This document shows positions 19,447-29,110 of a stretch of 64,000 nucleotides of DNA, one piece after another; position 1 is the stretch's first letter, and every line of letters starts with the position of its first letter. This DNA comes from a virus. Taxonomy: Duplodnaviria; Heunggongvirae; Uroviricota; Caudoviricetes. The notes under the pieces were generated by a model that saw only the letters and a list, made by a program, of their open reading frames with translations, made no database searches and had not been told where the DNA came from. The translations under genes were made by a program, and so were the position numbers. Location: IMG/VR virus record IMGVR_UViG_3300028653_000011. The stretch is one strand, 5' to 3'.

Positions 19447-19659
19447 ATGACCCTCCTAATGCTGTTCGCCGCCGTCCTCATCTTTGCACTTTTCATTTGG
19501 ATTGCCAGCATCGTGCCGGTGCCTGCAAAGATGCCCTGGCTCCGTACCATCTTCTACATTTTCATCGCGCTGGTCGCGATCGTCCTTTTGGCGCAGTTCG
19601 CCGGCTGCACTGACCTGGGCCTCAACCACAGCATCGGCGTCGGCCACCGCGCCAACTAA
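19447..19659 (+). CDS. Small two-TM membrane protein
   Basis: Two hydrophobic segments; TAGTTA at 19436-19441. Confidence 0.55.
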   Translation: MTLLMLFAAVLIFALFIWIASIVPVPAKMPWLRTIFYIFIALVAIVLLAQFAGCTDLGLNHSIGVGHRAN

Positions 19660-19699
19660 TTGCCTTGACCATCTCGCCCACCCGGTATAGGGTGTGGCG

Positions 19700-20023
19700 A
19701 TGGACCTTGAAGAGCACTACGTAGCCTGCGCCTGCAGTGACTTCAACCACGTCTTTCGCTTCGTCTTTGACCCCGACGACGGCGACCTGTGGTTGGAGGT
19801 GCAGTTGCGCCAGTGGCGACCCTGGTACAAGCGTGCGTGGATTGCACTGCGCTATGCCTTCGGTCTGCAACAGGCCTATGGCCACTATGACGTCACGGTG
19901 CTGAAATCAGCCGACTTCGCGCGGTTGCATGCGCTGCTCGATCGCGCCGAGGCCTTTGACCGTGCCCGCTCGGCCGCCGCGGCCCTTGGTTCACTGCAGA
20001 ATAAACCCGTGTTGAAAGGATAG
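19700..20023 (+). CDS. Hypothetical protein
   Basis: Preceded by TTGACC-N17-TAGGGT (19665-19693), with ATG 6 nt later. Confidence 0.55.
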   Translation: MDLEEHYVACACSDFNHVFRFVFDPDDGDLWLEVQLRQWRPWYKRAWIALRYAFGLQQAYGHYDVTVLKSADFARLHALLDRAEAFDRARSAAAALGSLQNKPVLKG

Positions 20024-20031
20024 GTTCTCCA

Positions 20032-20943
20032 ATGGCCTACAATGCAAAGGTGCTGTGTGATAGCCTGAGTCCTGATGGCGTGCGACTCATCACGATGGAG
20101 GTGACATTCGCGAGATGTGTCCTCGCTGAGATAAATACGCATAGGGCATTTTCCCGTAACAGCGCATCATCCCGTGCAATCCCGATTGCAAAGATGTTGC
20201 AAAGAGTACAGGATGATCCTTTCATCCCCATTTATTGGGGGCGCAATCAAAGCGGGATGCAGGCGAATGAAGAGTTGACACCTGAAGCACAAGCGCTAGC
20301 ACTAGAACAGTGGTTGTTGGCTCGTGATAACGCTGTGAAAACGGTGGAACGTCTTCAGTCGCCCGACATCAACCTTCACAAACAGATCGCTAATCGGCTA
20401 CTAGAACCCTTTCTTTATCATACTGCAATCATAAGTGCCACCGAGTGGGGCAATTTCTGGGGCTTGCGCTGTCACCCCGCCGCGCAGCCCGAGATCAGGA
20501 AGGCCGCCGACTTGATGCGCGCCGAGTACGATGCATCGGAACCCTTTCCCGTCAACTATGGCGACTGGCACCTGCCGCTCGTGCGCCACGCCGAGGCCTT
20601 CGACCTGCAGGTCAACGGCATGTCGCTCGACGACGTCGTCAAGGTGTCTGCGGGTAGGTGTGCCCGGGTGTCGTACCTGACTCATGCTGGGATAAGAGAT
20701 CCGAAGGCCGACATTGAACTGTGCGATAGGTTGGTGAGCTCGGGCCACATGAGTCCGCTCGAGCACGTCGCTAGGCCGATGACGCGTGAAGACGCTGAGC
20801 GGTTGGTATGCGCCAGTGTTGATTTACCCGCTCGTCACTACATCGACATCAAGCAGGTGTTCTGTGGCAATTACAGAGGGTGGGTACAAGCGCGCAAGGA
20901 ACTGCAACACGAGGCCGACTTCTCTGCACGTCCGTCAGTTTGA
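20032..20943 (+). CDS. thyX: Flavin-dependent thymidylate synthase
   Basis: LAEINTHRAFSRNSASSRAIP, HKQIANRLLEPF, LRCHPAAQPEI, SAGRCARVSY, GHMSPLEH. Confidence 0.9.
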   Translation: MAYNAKVLCDSLSPDGVRLITMEVTFARCVLAEINTHRAFSRNSASSRAIPIAKMLQRVQDDPFIPIYWGRNQSGMQANEELTPEAQALALEQWLLARDNAVKTVERLQSPDINLHKQIANRLLEPFLYHTAIISATEWGNFWGLRCHPAAQPEIRKAADLMRAEYDASEPFPVNYGDWHLPLVRHAEAFDLQVNGMSLDDVVKVSAGRCARVSYLTHAGIRDPKADIELCDRLVSSGHMSPLEHVARPMTREDAERLVCASVDLPARHYIDIKQVFCGNYRGWVQARKELQHEADFSARPSV

Positions 20944-21040
20944 TTATCGTTTTAGAGGGTCCTGAAATATAATTTGTTAACATATGAACAACTTGCGCTA
21001 ATGACAGACGTTACATGGAATAAAGGAGCAAAGGAATACA

Positions 21041-21655
21041 TTGATGAAAAATGCAATAACGCTGGCATTTGAAGGGCCCGATCGGCACGGAAAATCGACG
21101 CAGGCCAAGTTGCTGCACGAGGCATGCCTTGCCGCTGGGTACAAGGCCATCCTCGTCAAGGTACCCACCGATTCCTGCACTCGGACGCACCGCTTGATCT
21201 ACGCCATGTTGGCCAACGGTTGGGCACGCAAGGTGCCACACCTGTTTCAACTGGTGCACTTTCTCAACAAGTTGCTGTTTCAATTGCTGTACTTGCCCAT
21301 CATGTTGAAGTGGTGTGACATCGTCATCCTCGATCGTTGGGCGCTGTCGGCGACGGTGTACGGTACCGTCGACGGTGCCAATCGCTGGTTCTCACGCGCG
21401 CTGTTCTCCCTGTTGAAGAAGCCCGACATCACTGTTGTTTTTCACGGTGCGCCTTTCAAGCGGGCGTCGGTCGACGATTCCTACGAGAAGGACGGCGGCT
21501 TTCAACAGCGCGTCGCGCAGGGGTACGTTGACTGGGCGATGGAACACCCGTTTGATCACACGTTGATCAACAATCAGTTCAAGGATGTCAATGGCATTCA
21601 CAGCGACATCATCACTCGACTCCTTCAACGCGGCTTGATACGTGGTGTGAAGTGA
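21041..21655 (+). CDS. tmk: Thymidylate kinase-like
   Basis: FEGPDRHGKSTQ, ILDRWALSATVYG. Confidence 0.75.
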   Translation: MMKNAITLAFEGPDRHGKSTQAKLLHEACLAAGYKAILVKVPTDSCTRTHRLIYAMLANGWARKVPHLFQLVHFLNKLLFQLLYLPIMLKWCDIVILDRWALSATVYGTVDGANRWFSRALFSLLKKPDITVVFHGAPFKRASVDDSYEKDGGFQQRVAQGYVDWAMEHPFDHTLINNQFKDVNGIHSDIITRLLQRGLIRGVK

Positions 21656-22260
21656 TCTTCGATTGTCTCGTCGCCGACCCGCCTTGGGCCTTTGACGACA
21701 AGTTGGCGCGGATGAAGTCGCCCACTCGCCGCGGCGCCGCATCGCAGTACTCGACGTTGTCGCTGGCCGACATTGCAGCACTGAAGGTGCAGGACCTGAT
21801 CAATCCTGCCGGTTGTGTGCTGGCGCTGTGGGTGCCGTCAACGCTGCTGCTCGACGGGCTCCGGGTGATGCAGGCTTGGGGGTTCTCTCCCAAGAGCACC
21901 GTCATCTGGGTCAAGACGTCAAAGAAGGCGCAGCCCATCGACGTGGCGACGGGTGACGGCCTGGCCTTCGGCATGGGGCGGACGTTCAGGCAATCGCACG
22001 AGCTGGCGCTGATCGGCACCGCGGGTAAGAGCGTCTATCCGACGATGCAGGATCACTCGCAGCGGTCGGTCATCTTTGCGCCCAACATGGGCCATAGCCA
22101 GAAGCCCGATGAGCTGCAACTGCGCCTCGAGAAAATGTGGCCTGACGCTCAGAGGTTGGAACTGTTCGCCCGGCGCTCGCTGCTCAATTGGACGTGCGTG
22201 GGCGATGGAATTGACGGCCTCGACATTCGCGACGCTATACAAAAGCTCACAGCGCTGTAA
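21652..22260 (+). CDS. MT-A70 family adenine methyltransferase
   Basis: VADPPW, VLALWV, AWGF, IWVKT, HSQKP, LELFAR. Confidence 0.9.
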   Translation: MIFDCLVADPPWAFDDKLARMKSPTRRGAASQYSTLSLADIAALKVQDLINPAGCVLALWVPSTLLLDGLRVMQAWGFSPKSTVIWVKTSKKAQPIDVATGDGLAFGMGRTFRQSHELALIGTAGKSVYPTMQDHSQRSVIFAPNMGHSQKPDELQLRLEKMWPDAQRLELFARRSLLNWTCVGDGIDGLDIRDAIQKLTAL

Positions 22261-22269
22261 GATCTGCAC

Positions 22270-22578
22270 ATGAAACGAGATTACTCAAAGCGCACGAGCA
22301 CGATGTACGATGATCGTGACGGCGACACCTTGACGACGTTGAGCGCGCCTCTCATCAAGACGTGTGACAGCGAGAAGCCCATCATGACGTTCTTCTTGAT
22401 GCCGGTGTCGGGGACGGTGCCGACGTCACAGCATGGACAACCCGCGATTGGTTTTGAAATCATCGGTTACGTGAGACTGGACGCATTATCGAGGGACCTG
22501 CAGGCCGCCGTCCGCAAAGAGCTACATACCCGCCCACCAACCGCGCCATTGGGCACGCGCACAGGAGATGCAGGATGA
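22270..22578 (+). CDS. Hypothetical protein
   Basis: Fills the gap in operon orientation. Confidence 0.45.
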   Translation: MKRDYSKRTSTMYDDRDGDTLTTLSAPLIKTCDSEKPIMTFFLMPVSGTVPTSQHGQPAIGFEIIGYVRLDALSRDLQAAVRKELHTRPPTAPLGTRTGDAG

Positions 22579-23081
22579 CATGTGTAGTCAGTGCTGTTGA
22601 TGGTGATAAAGTCGTGATGATGGGTGATCATTCCTATATGCAGACGGATCATCATACCATGAATGGTTGCAAAAAGGTCTTAAAGTCGGGTGAATTCATA
22701 TGTGGTTTTGCAGGGTTTATTGACCCTGCAATGGCAACACTTAATGCCATTGAAAAAACACCGCTAATTGGGAAAACGCTTGACGAGCGCCGGAATGAAT
22801 TACTTGCTAGATTTAATAAAGTTCAACCTGTACGTGCCAATAACACCTATCTAGTGGGACACAAAGGTAAGCTCTACACCGTTCTACCTAACACTGTGTT
22901 AGAGTCGAATGTTGGTTTCATTGGATCAGACGTAAATCTGTACGCAATCGTGTATAAATACGCCATCGCGAGGGGCGACAGCGTGAAAGTTGCGCTGGCA
23001 TCAACAATCGTGTTTGCCGCAGATTATCTGCCTAGATATGTAGTTCTCGATCATGAAGGACCAACGATTGAAGAAGTTTGA
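22575..23081 (+). CDS. Proteasome-beta/HslV-like Ntn-hydrolase (diverged copy)
   Basis: MTCVV...MGD...KKV...ICGFAG, FIGS; paralog of 56186 and 56755. Confidence 0.55.
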   Translation: MTCVVSAVDGDKVVMMGDHSYMQTDHHTMNGCKKVLKSGEFICGFAGFIDPAMATLNAIEKTPLIGKTLDERRNELLARFNKVQPVRANNTYLVGHKGKLYTVLPNTVLESNVGFIGSDVNLYAIVYKYAIARGDSVKVALASTIVFAADYLPRYVVLDHEGPTIEEV

Positions 23082-23868
23082 CGGCGTTCGCTTCTATGGC
23101 TACAAGCACTGGACGCTTGAGGCAGTGCCGCGTTGTTTCAACGTGGGCAAGGGTGTTATAGGTCGTTCTGACGTTGACCGTGGGCGTAATCACAAGTGGC
23201 ACGCCATGGTCAAACGCCTTGGTCTCCGTGTTGAGGTCTGCATCGGCCCGGTGACCAATGAAGAGGCATGTGCTTGGGAGATTGAGTGGATTGCTAAGGA
23301 GAACACTTTCTCAACCAACCACTCACATGATGATCCCAATGACATCGGATGCAATTTCACGAAGGGTGGTGGGGGCGTTGTAGGACGTCCTCAAACAGAT
23401 GAAGAACGTCGTAAACGGCGCGCAAGTTTGAAAGTTACATATGAATCGCCTGAACTTCGTCAAGGGCAAAGTGCATTGCAGAAGGATCACTGGTCAGACG
23501 ATGAACGTAAGCAAGCGCATGTTCGTGGTATTAAGGCTCAAGCGAACACCCCTGAAACGTTGGCGAAGAAAAGAGCGGCTACAACGAAGAGTTGGGAAAA
23601 TGAAGAGACGCGGCAAAAGCATGAGGCGGGCAATGCTCGACGTTGGAGCGATCCTGCTGAACGAGAACGTCATGGTAAGGCAATACAATTGGCTGCTCAG
23701 GCTCCCGGCGCTAGAGAACGACGTGTACAAGCCGCGCGTGAAATCAATAGTCGTCCTGAGGTCAAACGCATAAAGAGCGCAAAGATGACAGCAATATGGG
23801 TTATACGCAAAGTCAAGGCGTTTAGAGAAAAATCACACACGTGGCTTACACATCAACGCAAGGTGTAG
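23053..23868 (+). CDS. GIY-YIG-like homing endonuclease
   Basis: FYGYKH...FNVGKG...RS, EIEWI, CNFTKGGGG, helical repeat tail. Confidence 0.65.
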   Translation: MKDQRLKKFDGVRFYGYKHWTLEAVPRCFNVGKGVIGRSDVDRGRNHKWHAMVKRLGLRVEVCIGPVTNEEACAWEIEWIAKENTFSTNHSHDDPNDIGCNFTKGGGGVVGRPQTDEERRKRRASLKVTYESPELRQGQSALQKDHWSDDERKQAHVRGIKAQANTPETLAKKRAATTKSWENEETRQKHEAGNARRWSDPAERERHGKAIQLAAQAPGARERRVQAAREINSRPEVKRIKSAKMTAIWVIRKVKAFREKSHTWLTHQRKV

Positions 23869-23880
23869 TAGAGATAGAAT

Positions 23881-24150
23881 ATGGAAAATGAGTTCAAGTT
23901 CGCAGACGAAGTGTTTCACCGCCTCGTGCAGATCGTTCAGGAGGCGCTACTGTCCGGCGTCGACTGCGCCGATCTCCTCCGCCAGATCCGCGTCACCGTG
24001 GGTGATGCGGGTGACTTGGTGCTGACATCAGCGTATCAACAGCAGGTCAAGGAGATGCACGACAAGATGTTGGAACACGCTCGCGAGCTGCAATCTGTGC
24101 AGGCGGGCAACAAGTTCATCGTGCCGGGTGGCAACGACGGTAACAACTGA
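23881..24150 (+). CDS. Hypothetical protein
   Basis: Intact ORF in operon orientation. Confidence 0.55.
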   Translation: MENEFKFADEVFHRLVQIVQEALLSGVDCADLLRQIRVTVGDAGDLVLTSAYQQQVKEMHDKMLEHARELQSVQAGNKFIVPGGNDGNN

Positions 24151-24151
24151 C

Positions 24152-24526
24152 ATGAGCGCCCCCATCGACATGCGTGTCCTCTGGGAGCAACAGTTGGCCT
24201 TCATGCGCCTGCTGCAGGAGAAGCGCAACTGGCCTCAATTCCCAGTTGACATCTCGACGAAGCAGGGGCAGACGCTGTTGCACGACATCCGCCATCACAT
24301 CATGGATGAATTGTTCGAGGCGGGTCAGCACCTGAAGAACGCCAAGGCCCACCGGGCGACTGAGGTGCCTGAAGTCGACCGTGAAGCCTACAAGGAAGAA
24401 CTTGTCGACGCCCTCCACCTGTACTTCGAGCTTGTCATTGCCAGCGGCATCTCGATTGAAGAGTTGGCTGACGCCTACATGAAAAAAGGTGAAGTCAATG
24501 TTGAACGTATCATGCGCGGATATTAG
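24152..24526 (+). CDS. All-alpha NTP pyrophosphatase (MazG / dimeric dUTPase / dCTPase-like)
   Basis: DELFEA...KAH...KEELVDALHLY. Confidence 0.75.
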   Translation: MSAPIDMRVLWEQQLAFMRLLQEKRNWPQFPVDISTKQGQTLLHDIRHHIMDELFEAGQHLKNAKAHRATEVPEVDREAYKEELVDALHLYFELVIASGISIEELADAYMKKGEVNVERIMRGY

Positions 24527-24578
24527 GTGACGCCAACTGAAGGTGAACTTGTGACCGCACCGGTGTTACCATTGAGGA

Positions 24579-25013
24579 ATGGCACCGAGCAAAGGTTCTT
24601 TCAACTACGACTGGTTGGGCGACATGGCTGAGTCGTTCAACAACATGTTTTCACAGTCTAAGATGTCAACGACGGTGACGGAGACGACTGAAGAGGACAA
24701 CACGCCGGGCACCTATCGCAATGGTCCTGGCTACCACACCACGAAAGACGCGACGGGCATGACGTTGGTCATTGACCTGCCCGGTGTCGATCCCACGGGA
24801 CTCGAGGTGTGGGCCGAAGGTGAGAGCGTCATCGTCGTCAGTGGCAAGAAAGTCGGCGGCAAGAACGCCTCTTTCACCGCACGTTATCGGCTCGACATCG
24901 GTTATAGTACGTTCGCAGCGACGGCGGAAGCGAAGTTAGGCCAACTCCACATCCGTGTTTTCACGGCATCTCCTTTTGTTACCGTGAAGCCAATTCCCAT
25001 CGACATCAAGTGA
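24579..25013 (+). CDS. Small heat-shock protein (Hsp20-like)
   Basis: LVIDLPGVDP...VVSGK...F...L...AEAKLGQLHI. Confidence 0.65.
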   Translation: MAPSKGSFNYDWLGDMAESFNNMFSQSKMSTTVTETTEEDNTPGTYRNGPGYHTTKDATGMTLVIDLPGVDPTGLEVWAEGESVIVVSGKKVGGKNASFTARYRLDIGYSTFAATAEAKLGQLHIRVFTASPFVTVKPIPIDIK

Positions 25014-25624
25014 TGCAGCCCTTCATCGTCGACCCGGCGACCTACGACAAGCGGCAGGCCTTCGACGCTGCGTTGGTCTACGTCAAGGCCTTCCTCGACC
25101 TCAACGGCATCGCACCCGTCACCGAGTACCTGACGGAGCCCGATGACGCCAAGAAGCCACCTGGGAAGAACCCGTGGCACGATCGCGGTTGGTACTGGTT
25201 CGGCACCGTCTTCGTCAACCTAAAGAAGACGCGGACGCCCGTCAAGGTGCCCGGCTTTCAATGGTCTTATACGGGTTACAAGGCCGACCTCACCACACCC
25301 GGAGTGCTGGCCCACGAGGTCGGTCACCACGTGCACTTTGAGCTCGACCGCGTGCGTGGCGAACACGTGCTGGGCAAAGTGCGTGCAGTTTACGCGATTG
25401 AACCACCAGTGTCTGGCTATGAACCCAACCCGTACGAGGTCTTCGCTGAGTCGATGCGACTGTTCATCCTCAACCCGATGTTGCTAGCCGAGGGTCGCCC
25501 TGAGCGGTACAGCATGTTGATCAAGCTGAACCTGCAACCACTACACCATGCACCGTGGCGCGAGGTGTTGGTAAACGCTCATCCGAAGATCATCGCGGCG
25601 GCCGAGAGGTGGATTGAACGATGA
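25010..25624 (+). CDS. Putative zinc metallopeptidase (HExxH)
   Basis: VLAHEVGHHVH ... EVFAES. Confidence 0.6.
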   Translation: MMQPFIVDPATYDKRQAFDAALVYVKAFLDLNGIAPVTEYLTEPDDAKKPPGKNPWHDRGWYWFGTVFVNLKKTRTPVKVPGFQWSYTGYKADLTTPGVLAHEVGHHVHFELDRVRGEHVLGKVRAVYAIEPPVSGYEPNPYEVFAESMRLFILNPMLLAEGRPERYSMLIKLNLQPLHHAPWREVLVNAHPKIIAAAERWIER

Positions 25625-26640
25625 ACTTCGACATTGACGCACGGACGATCCTGCAGGTTCGGCACGGCTCACACGCCTACGGCCTCAACACCCCCACGTC
25701 CGACCTCGACATCAAGGGTGTTTGCGTCAAGCCCAAGAGCGCGTACCTCGGTTTCACGCAGCGCTTCGAGCAGCAGGAGCACATAGGTGGTAAGGACGCC
25801 AGTGATGGCGTCGATAAGGTCACCTTCTCGCTCGACAAGTTCGCCGCACTGGCCGCCGACTGCAACCCGAACATCATCGAGATCCTGTGGGTCGACGACA
25901 GCGACGTGCTGAAGTCAGATGCCTTCGGTGATGAGCTGCGTGGCCTGCGCGCGGACTTCTTGTCGAAGAAAGCGCGGCACACATTTAGCGGCTACGCCTT
26001 TGCGCAGTTGAAGCGCATCAAGTCCCACCGTGTGTGGCTCTTGAACCCGCCGTCTGCACCGCCTACACGTGAACAGTTCGGTCTGACGGAGCTGACGAAA
26101 GTCAGCAAGTCTGAGATCGGCGCCTTCGACTCGCTATTCAACCTGCACACCGTCGATGATGAAGCCACGTCGGCCGAGCGCATCGGTGAGATCGTTGAGA
26201 CTGCACGCAGCGTCCTCAATGTCGAGCTACCCAAGGACGTCATCACCCTGTTCACCCGGGAGAAGGCGTACCGAGCGGCACTAGCCCACTGGGAGCAGTA
26301 CCTCACGTGGAAAAAGGCACGTAACCCAAAGCGGGCCGAACTCGAGGCCAAGTTCGGGTACGATACCAAGCACGGCATGCACCTTTGGAGGCTGATGCGC
26401 ATGTGCAAGGAGATCTTGATGACGGGCAGGGTGCTAGTTAAGCGGCCAGATCGCGAAGACCTATTGCGTGTCCGCAATGGTGACGTCAGCTACGATGAGT
26501 TGATTGAGCAGGCCGATCGCCTCGAGGTCGAGTGCGATGAGTTGTACCAGACGTCGTCGCTACCTCGTGAACCCAACCGAGCCTACCTCGATAGGTGCAT
26601 CGTCGACATGACCGATCGCTACCTGACGCTGCACGGTTAA
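25621..26640 (+). CDS. Pol-beta superfamily nucleotidyltransferase (RlaP/YcgL-like)
   Basis: HGSHAYGLNTPTSDLDIKGV, NPNIIE, YDTKHGMHLWRL. Confidence 0.85.
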   Translation: MNFDIDARTILQVRHGSHAYGLNTPTSDLDIKGVCVKPKSAYLGFTQRFEQQEHIGGKDASDGVDKVTFSLDKFAALAADCNPNIIEILWVDDSDVLKSDAFGDELRGLRADFLSKKARHTFSGYAFAQLKRIKSHRVWLLNPPSAPPTREQFGLTELTKVSKSEIGAFDSLFNLHTVDDEATSAERIGEIVETARSVLNVELPKDVITLFTREKAYRAALAHWEQYLTWKKARNPKRAELEAKFGYDTKHGMHLWRLMRMCKEILMTGRVLVKRPDREDLLRVRNGDVSYDELIEQADRLEVECDELYQTSSLPREPNRAYLDRCIVDMTDRYLTLHG

Positions 26641-26673
26641 ACACGGCCCCACACCGGTGTACTGTGTGATCAG

Positions 26674-27165
26674 ATGTTGTTCATTGTCGTCTTTGCCGTG
26701 TCACTGCTCACTGCGACATTCTTCGGCCACGCGATTCACTGGGCCCTGCACCAACGCTGGTCGCGGGTCTTCAATCGGGCCCACATGGAACATCATTGTG
26801 ATTTGTACCCTCCCGGTCGCCTGTCGTCCGACAAGTACCGCCTACCACGCTGGTACCACCGCGGGGCCTTGCTCTTTACGCCGCCACTCCTCATTATTCT
26901 GGCGACGGCGGGTGGGCTGTTGTGGTTGCTGGGTGCGCCGTGGTGGACGTTGGTCGTCTTTGGCATCGTCTTGATTGGCTTCGGCCTCTTCAACGATGCG
27001 GCCCACGACACCATGCACATCAGGCAGTACCCGCTGATGAAGCACAGGTGGTACCGTAACATGCGGAAACTGCACTACCTGCATCACGTCGACATGAAGA
27101 CAAACTTCGGCATCGTGAGTTTCACCTGGGATAAAGTGTTCAGGACGTTCGCTGATAAACGCTGA
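26674..27165 (+). CDS. Fatty-acid hydroxylase / sterol desaturase family membrane enzyme
   Basis: Four His boxes (HWALH, HMEHH, HDTMH, HYLHH) plus TM segments. Confidence 0.85.
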   Translation: MLFIVVFAVSLLTATFFGHAIHWALHQRWSRVFNRAHMEHHCDLYPPGRLSSDKYRLPRWYHRGALLFTPPLLIILATAGGLLWLLGAPWWTLVVFGIVLIGFGLFNDAAHDTMHIRQYPLMKHRWYRNMRKLHYLHHVDMKTNFGIVSFTWDKVFRTFADKR

Positions 27166-27187
27166 CGCACACGAACGCAGTGACAAC

Positions 27188-27481
27188 ATGAAACCCGGTG
27201 ACCTCATCGAGTGGTTTTACAAGTTGAACGGCGACGTCGTTCATCCTCGTGAAACGTTGTGGTCGTCGATTGAGCAGCGCTACGTGCCCATCGGGGGCAC
27301 CCACCTGTTGGTCAGCATCGTCAACGGTGAGCTGACCTTCCTCACTTTGGGGGCACAATGTAAGGGGTTGCTCCGCGCGCACGAGGATGATCTAGTGAGC
27401 GCGTCGGACTTCGAGGCATCGTGGCGGATTGCTCCACGCGTGAGTGAGTGTAAAGTGTTGGTGCCTCGTGGTAGGATGTAG
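27188..27481 (+). CDS. 'MKPGDLIEW'-family protein with embedded repeat unit
   Basis: Family motifs; KGLLRAHEDD ... IAPRV. Confidence 0.7.
   Translation: MKPGDLIEWFYKLNGDVVHPRETLWSSIEQRYVPIGGTHLLVSIVNGELTFLTLGAQCKGLLRAHEDDLVSASDFEASWRIAPRVSECKVLVPRGRM
27366..27440. CRISPR. Repeat-spacer-partial repeat unit (type I-E-like)
   Basis: GGTTGCTCCGCGCGCACGAGGATGATCT (23/28 to the 53.8 kb repeat), a 33-nt spacer, then GATTGCTCCACGCG at 27427 (period 61). Confidence 0.5.
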
Positions 27482-27485
27482 CTAG

Positions 27486-27743
27486 ATGTGTCCCTATCGC
27501 TATGCGCTGCAGCCGTCGTCGGTGCCCCGTCCTCGACGTACCCTATTGGGTCGTTACAGGACGTTCTGCCGGCGCGTCGAAGTCTTCTTCGGTCGCCTGC
27601 ACTTGGGCCGCCTGAAGCGAGACACCTGCTTTGCGTGCGGCAAGCGAGAACCGGGACCTGCGAATCGTACGTCACGGCACCGAGATTTTCCTGACCTGTA
27701 CGACTGTGGTTGCATTGAGAGGAGTTGCTCACATGATCGCTGA
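27486..27743 (+). CDS. Hypothetical protein with CxxC motifs
   Basis: TAGGAT -10 element at 27472-27477 upstream; CFAC, CGC. Confidence 0.4.
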   Translation: MCPYRYALQPSSVPRPRRTLLGRYRTFCRRVEVFFGRLHLGRLKRDTCFACGKREPGPANRTSRHRDFPDLYDCGCIERSCSHDR

Positions 27744-28266
27744 AGTTGACCCGAAGTTGCTCTCGATCGCCGCCGCGTTCATCGGCGCGCGCCTGCAGCA
27801 CGTGCTGCCACGCTGTAATAGCCGCCACCTTGGCCCGGTGTCGACGATCAGCGTTGAGCAATACAAGAGCAAGTTCAATTACGTACGCATCTATTGCACT
27901 CTGGCTGATCCCGACCTGGTGCAGGCAAAGGCTGAGGCCGCCGGGTTCGCAGTCGACGCCCTCTTCACGGCCACGTGCCTCAGGCGCGACGCCATGTTCT
28001 ACCGCCAGTGTTACCTCGACATGGTGACGTTGATGCCGCACCTGCGTGAGGCGATCTGTTCGCAGGCCGACTACTACGAGCTGTTGTTCGCCGACGTCGC
28101 TGAGCTGCATGCTCACCTCGATGAGTTAGCAATACCTGATCCGAAGGTGATCAACAAGTTCGAGCACTATTTCAGGCGGTACGGCGTTGATAGCGTCGAC
28201 AAGCTGAAGGAGCTGCTGGCATCGTTCTACCCGCCGCCCTCACGCGATACGACTGTCAACCGCTGA
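27733..28266 (+). CDS. Hypothetical protein
   Basis: SD GAGGAG before ATG 27733. Confidence 0.55.
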   Translation: MIAEVDPKLLSIAAAFIGARLQHVLPRCNSRHLGPVSTISVEQYKSKFNYVRIYCTLADPDLVQAKAEAAGFAVDALFTATCLRRDAMFYRQCYLDMVTLMPHLREAICSQADYYELLFADVAELHAHLDELAIPDPKVINKFEHYFRRYGVDSVDKLKELLASFYPPPSRDTTVNR

Positions 28267-28291
28267 ACAACATCGCCGCGTGGTGTACGAT
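28263..28291 (+). promoter_or_regulatory. Promoter CTGAAC-N17-TACGAT (leaderless)
   Basis: ATG 28298 lies 6 nt after the -10 element. Confidence 0.7.
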
Positions 28292-28297
28292 TGTAAC

Positions 28298-29110
28298 ATG
28301 ACACAATTCGCGTGGGCAACTGATTGCCATCTCGATCACTTGGGTGACGACAATCAACACTTGATCAAGTTCGCCGAGTCGCTGATCAAGAGCAACCCGA
28401 CGGGCGTCTTCTTGACAGGCGACATCTCCGTCGCGCGCAAGCTGGTCTTTCACCTGTCGGCGATCGAGAAGGTGGTGCAGCGACCCATCTATGTCGTGTT
28501 GGGCAACCACGATTACTACGGGAGTTCGATTGAGCACGTCCGCAAGATGATGCGAGAGCTGACCAACGTCAGTCCCTTCATCCGCTACATGCCGACGATG
28601 CCCTACTTTTCCCTGACGCAGGCAACGGGCATCGTCGGCCATGATGGCTGGTACGACGGCTACATCGGTGACTGGCAGAACAGCTCGTTCAACATGACTG
28701 ATTGGACTGCAATTCACGACTTCTTGCCCGTCAACGGTGCCAAGTCGACGATCGTCGGGCTGGCCCGTAAATTGGCCCACGAGGGCGTCCTCCACATGCA
28801 GAACGGCATCAAGCAGGCCGTCAAGTACCACAAGCACATCGTCGTCCTCACCCACTACCCGCCCTTTGCCGAGGCCCACGTGCACGAAGGTCACCCGGGC
28901 GAACAGAGCGTCATGCCATTCTTCACCAGCAAGATGTGCGGTGACATGCTGATGGCGGCATCGAAGGCGTACCCGAACGTCAATTTCAACGTCTTCGCCG
29001 GTCACACACACGGGAAGGTCGACTTGAAAATCACGCCGAATTTGTCTGTCCACGTGGGCGCCGCGACCTACGGCAAACCCGAACTGCAGGGGCTGGTCGA
29101 CGTCGCATGA
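28298..29110 (+). CDS. Calcineurin-like metallophosphoesterase
   Basis: TDCHL, LTGDI, LGNHD, HYPP, AGHTH. Confidence 0.9.
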   Translation: MTQFAWATDCHLDHLGDDNQHLIKFAESLIKSNPTGVFLTGDISVARKLVFHLSAIEKVVQRPIYVVLGNHDYYGSSIEHVRKMMRELTNVSPFIRYMPTMPYFSLTQATGIVGHDGWYDGYIGDWQNSSFNMTDWTAIHDFLPVNGAKSTIVGLARKLAHEGVLHMQNGIKQAVKYHKHIVVLTHYPPFAEAHVHEGHPGEQSVMPFFTSKMCGDMLMAASKAYPNVNFNVFAGHTHGKVDLKITPNLSVHVGAATYGKPELQGLVDVA

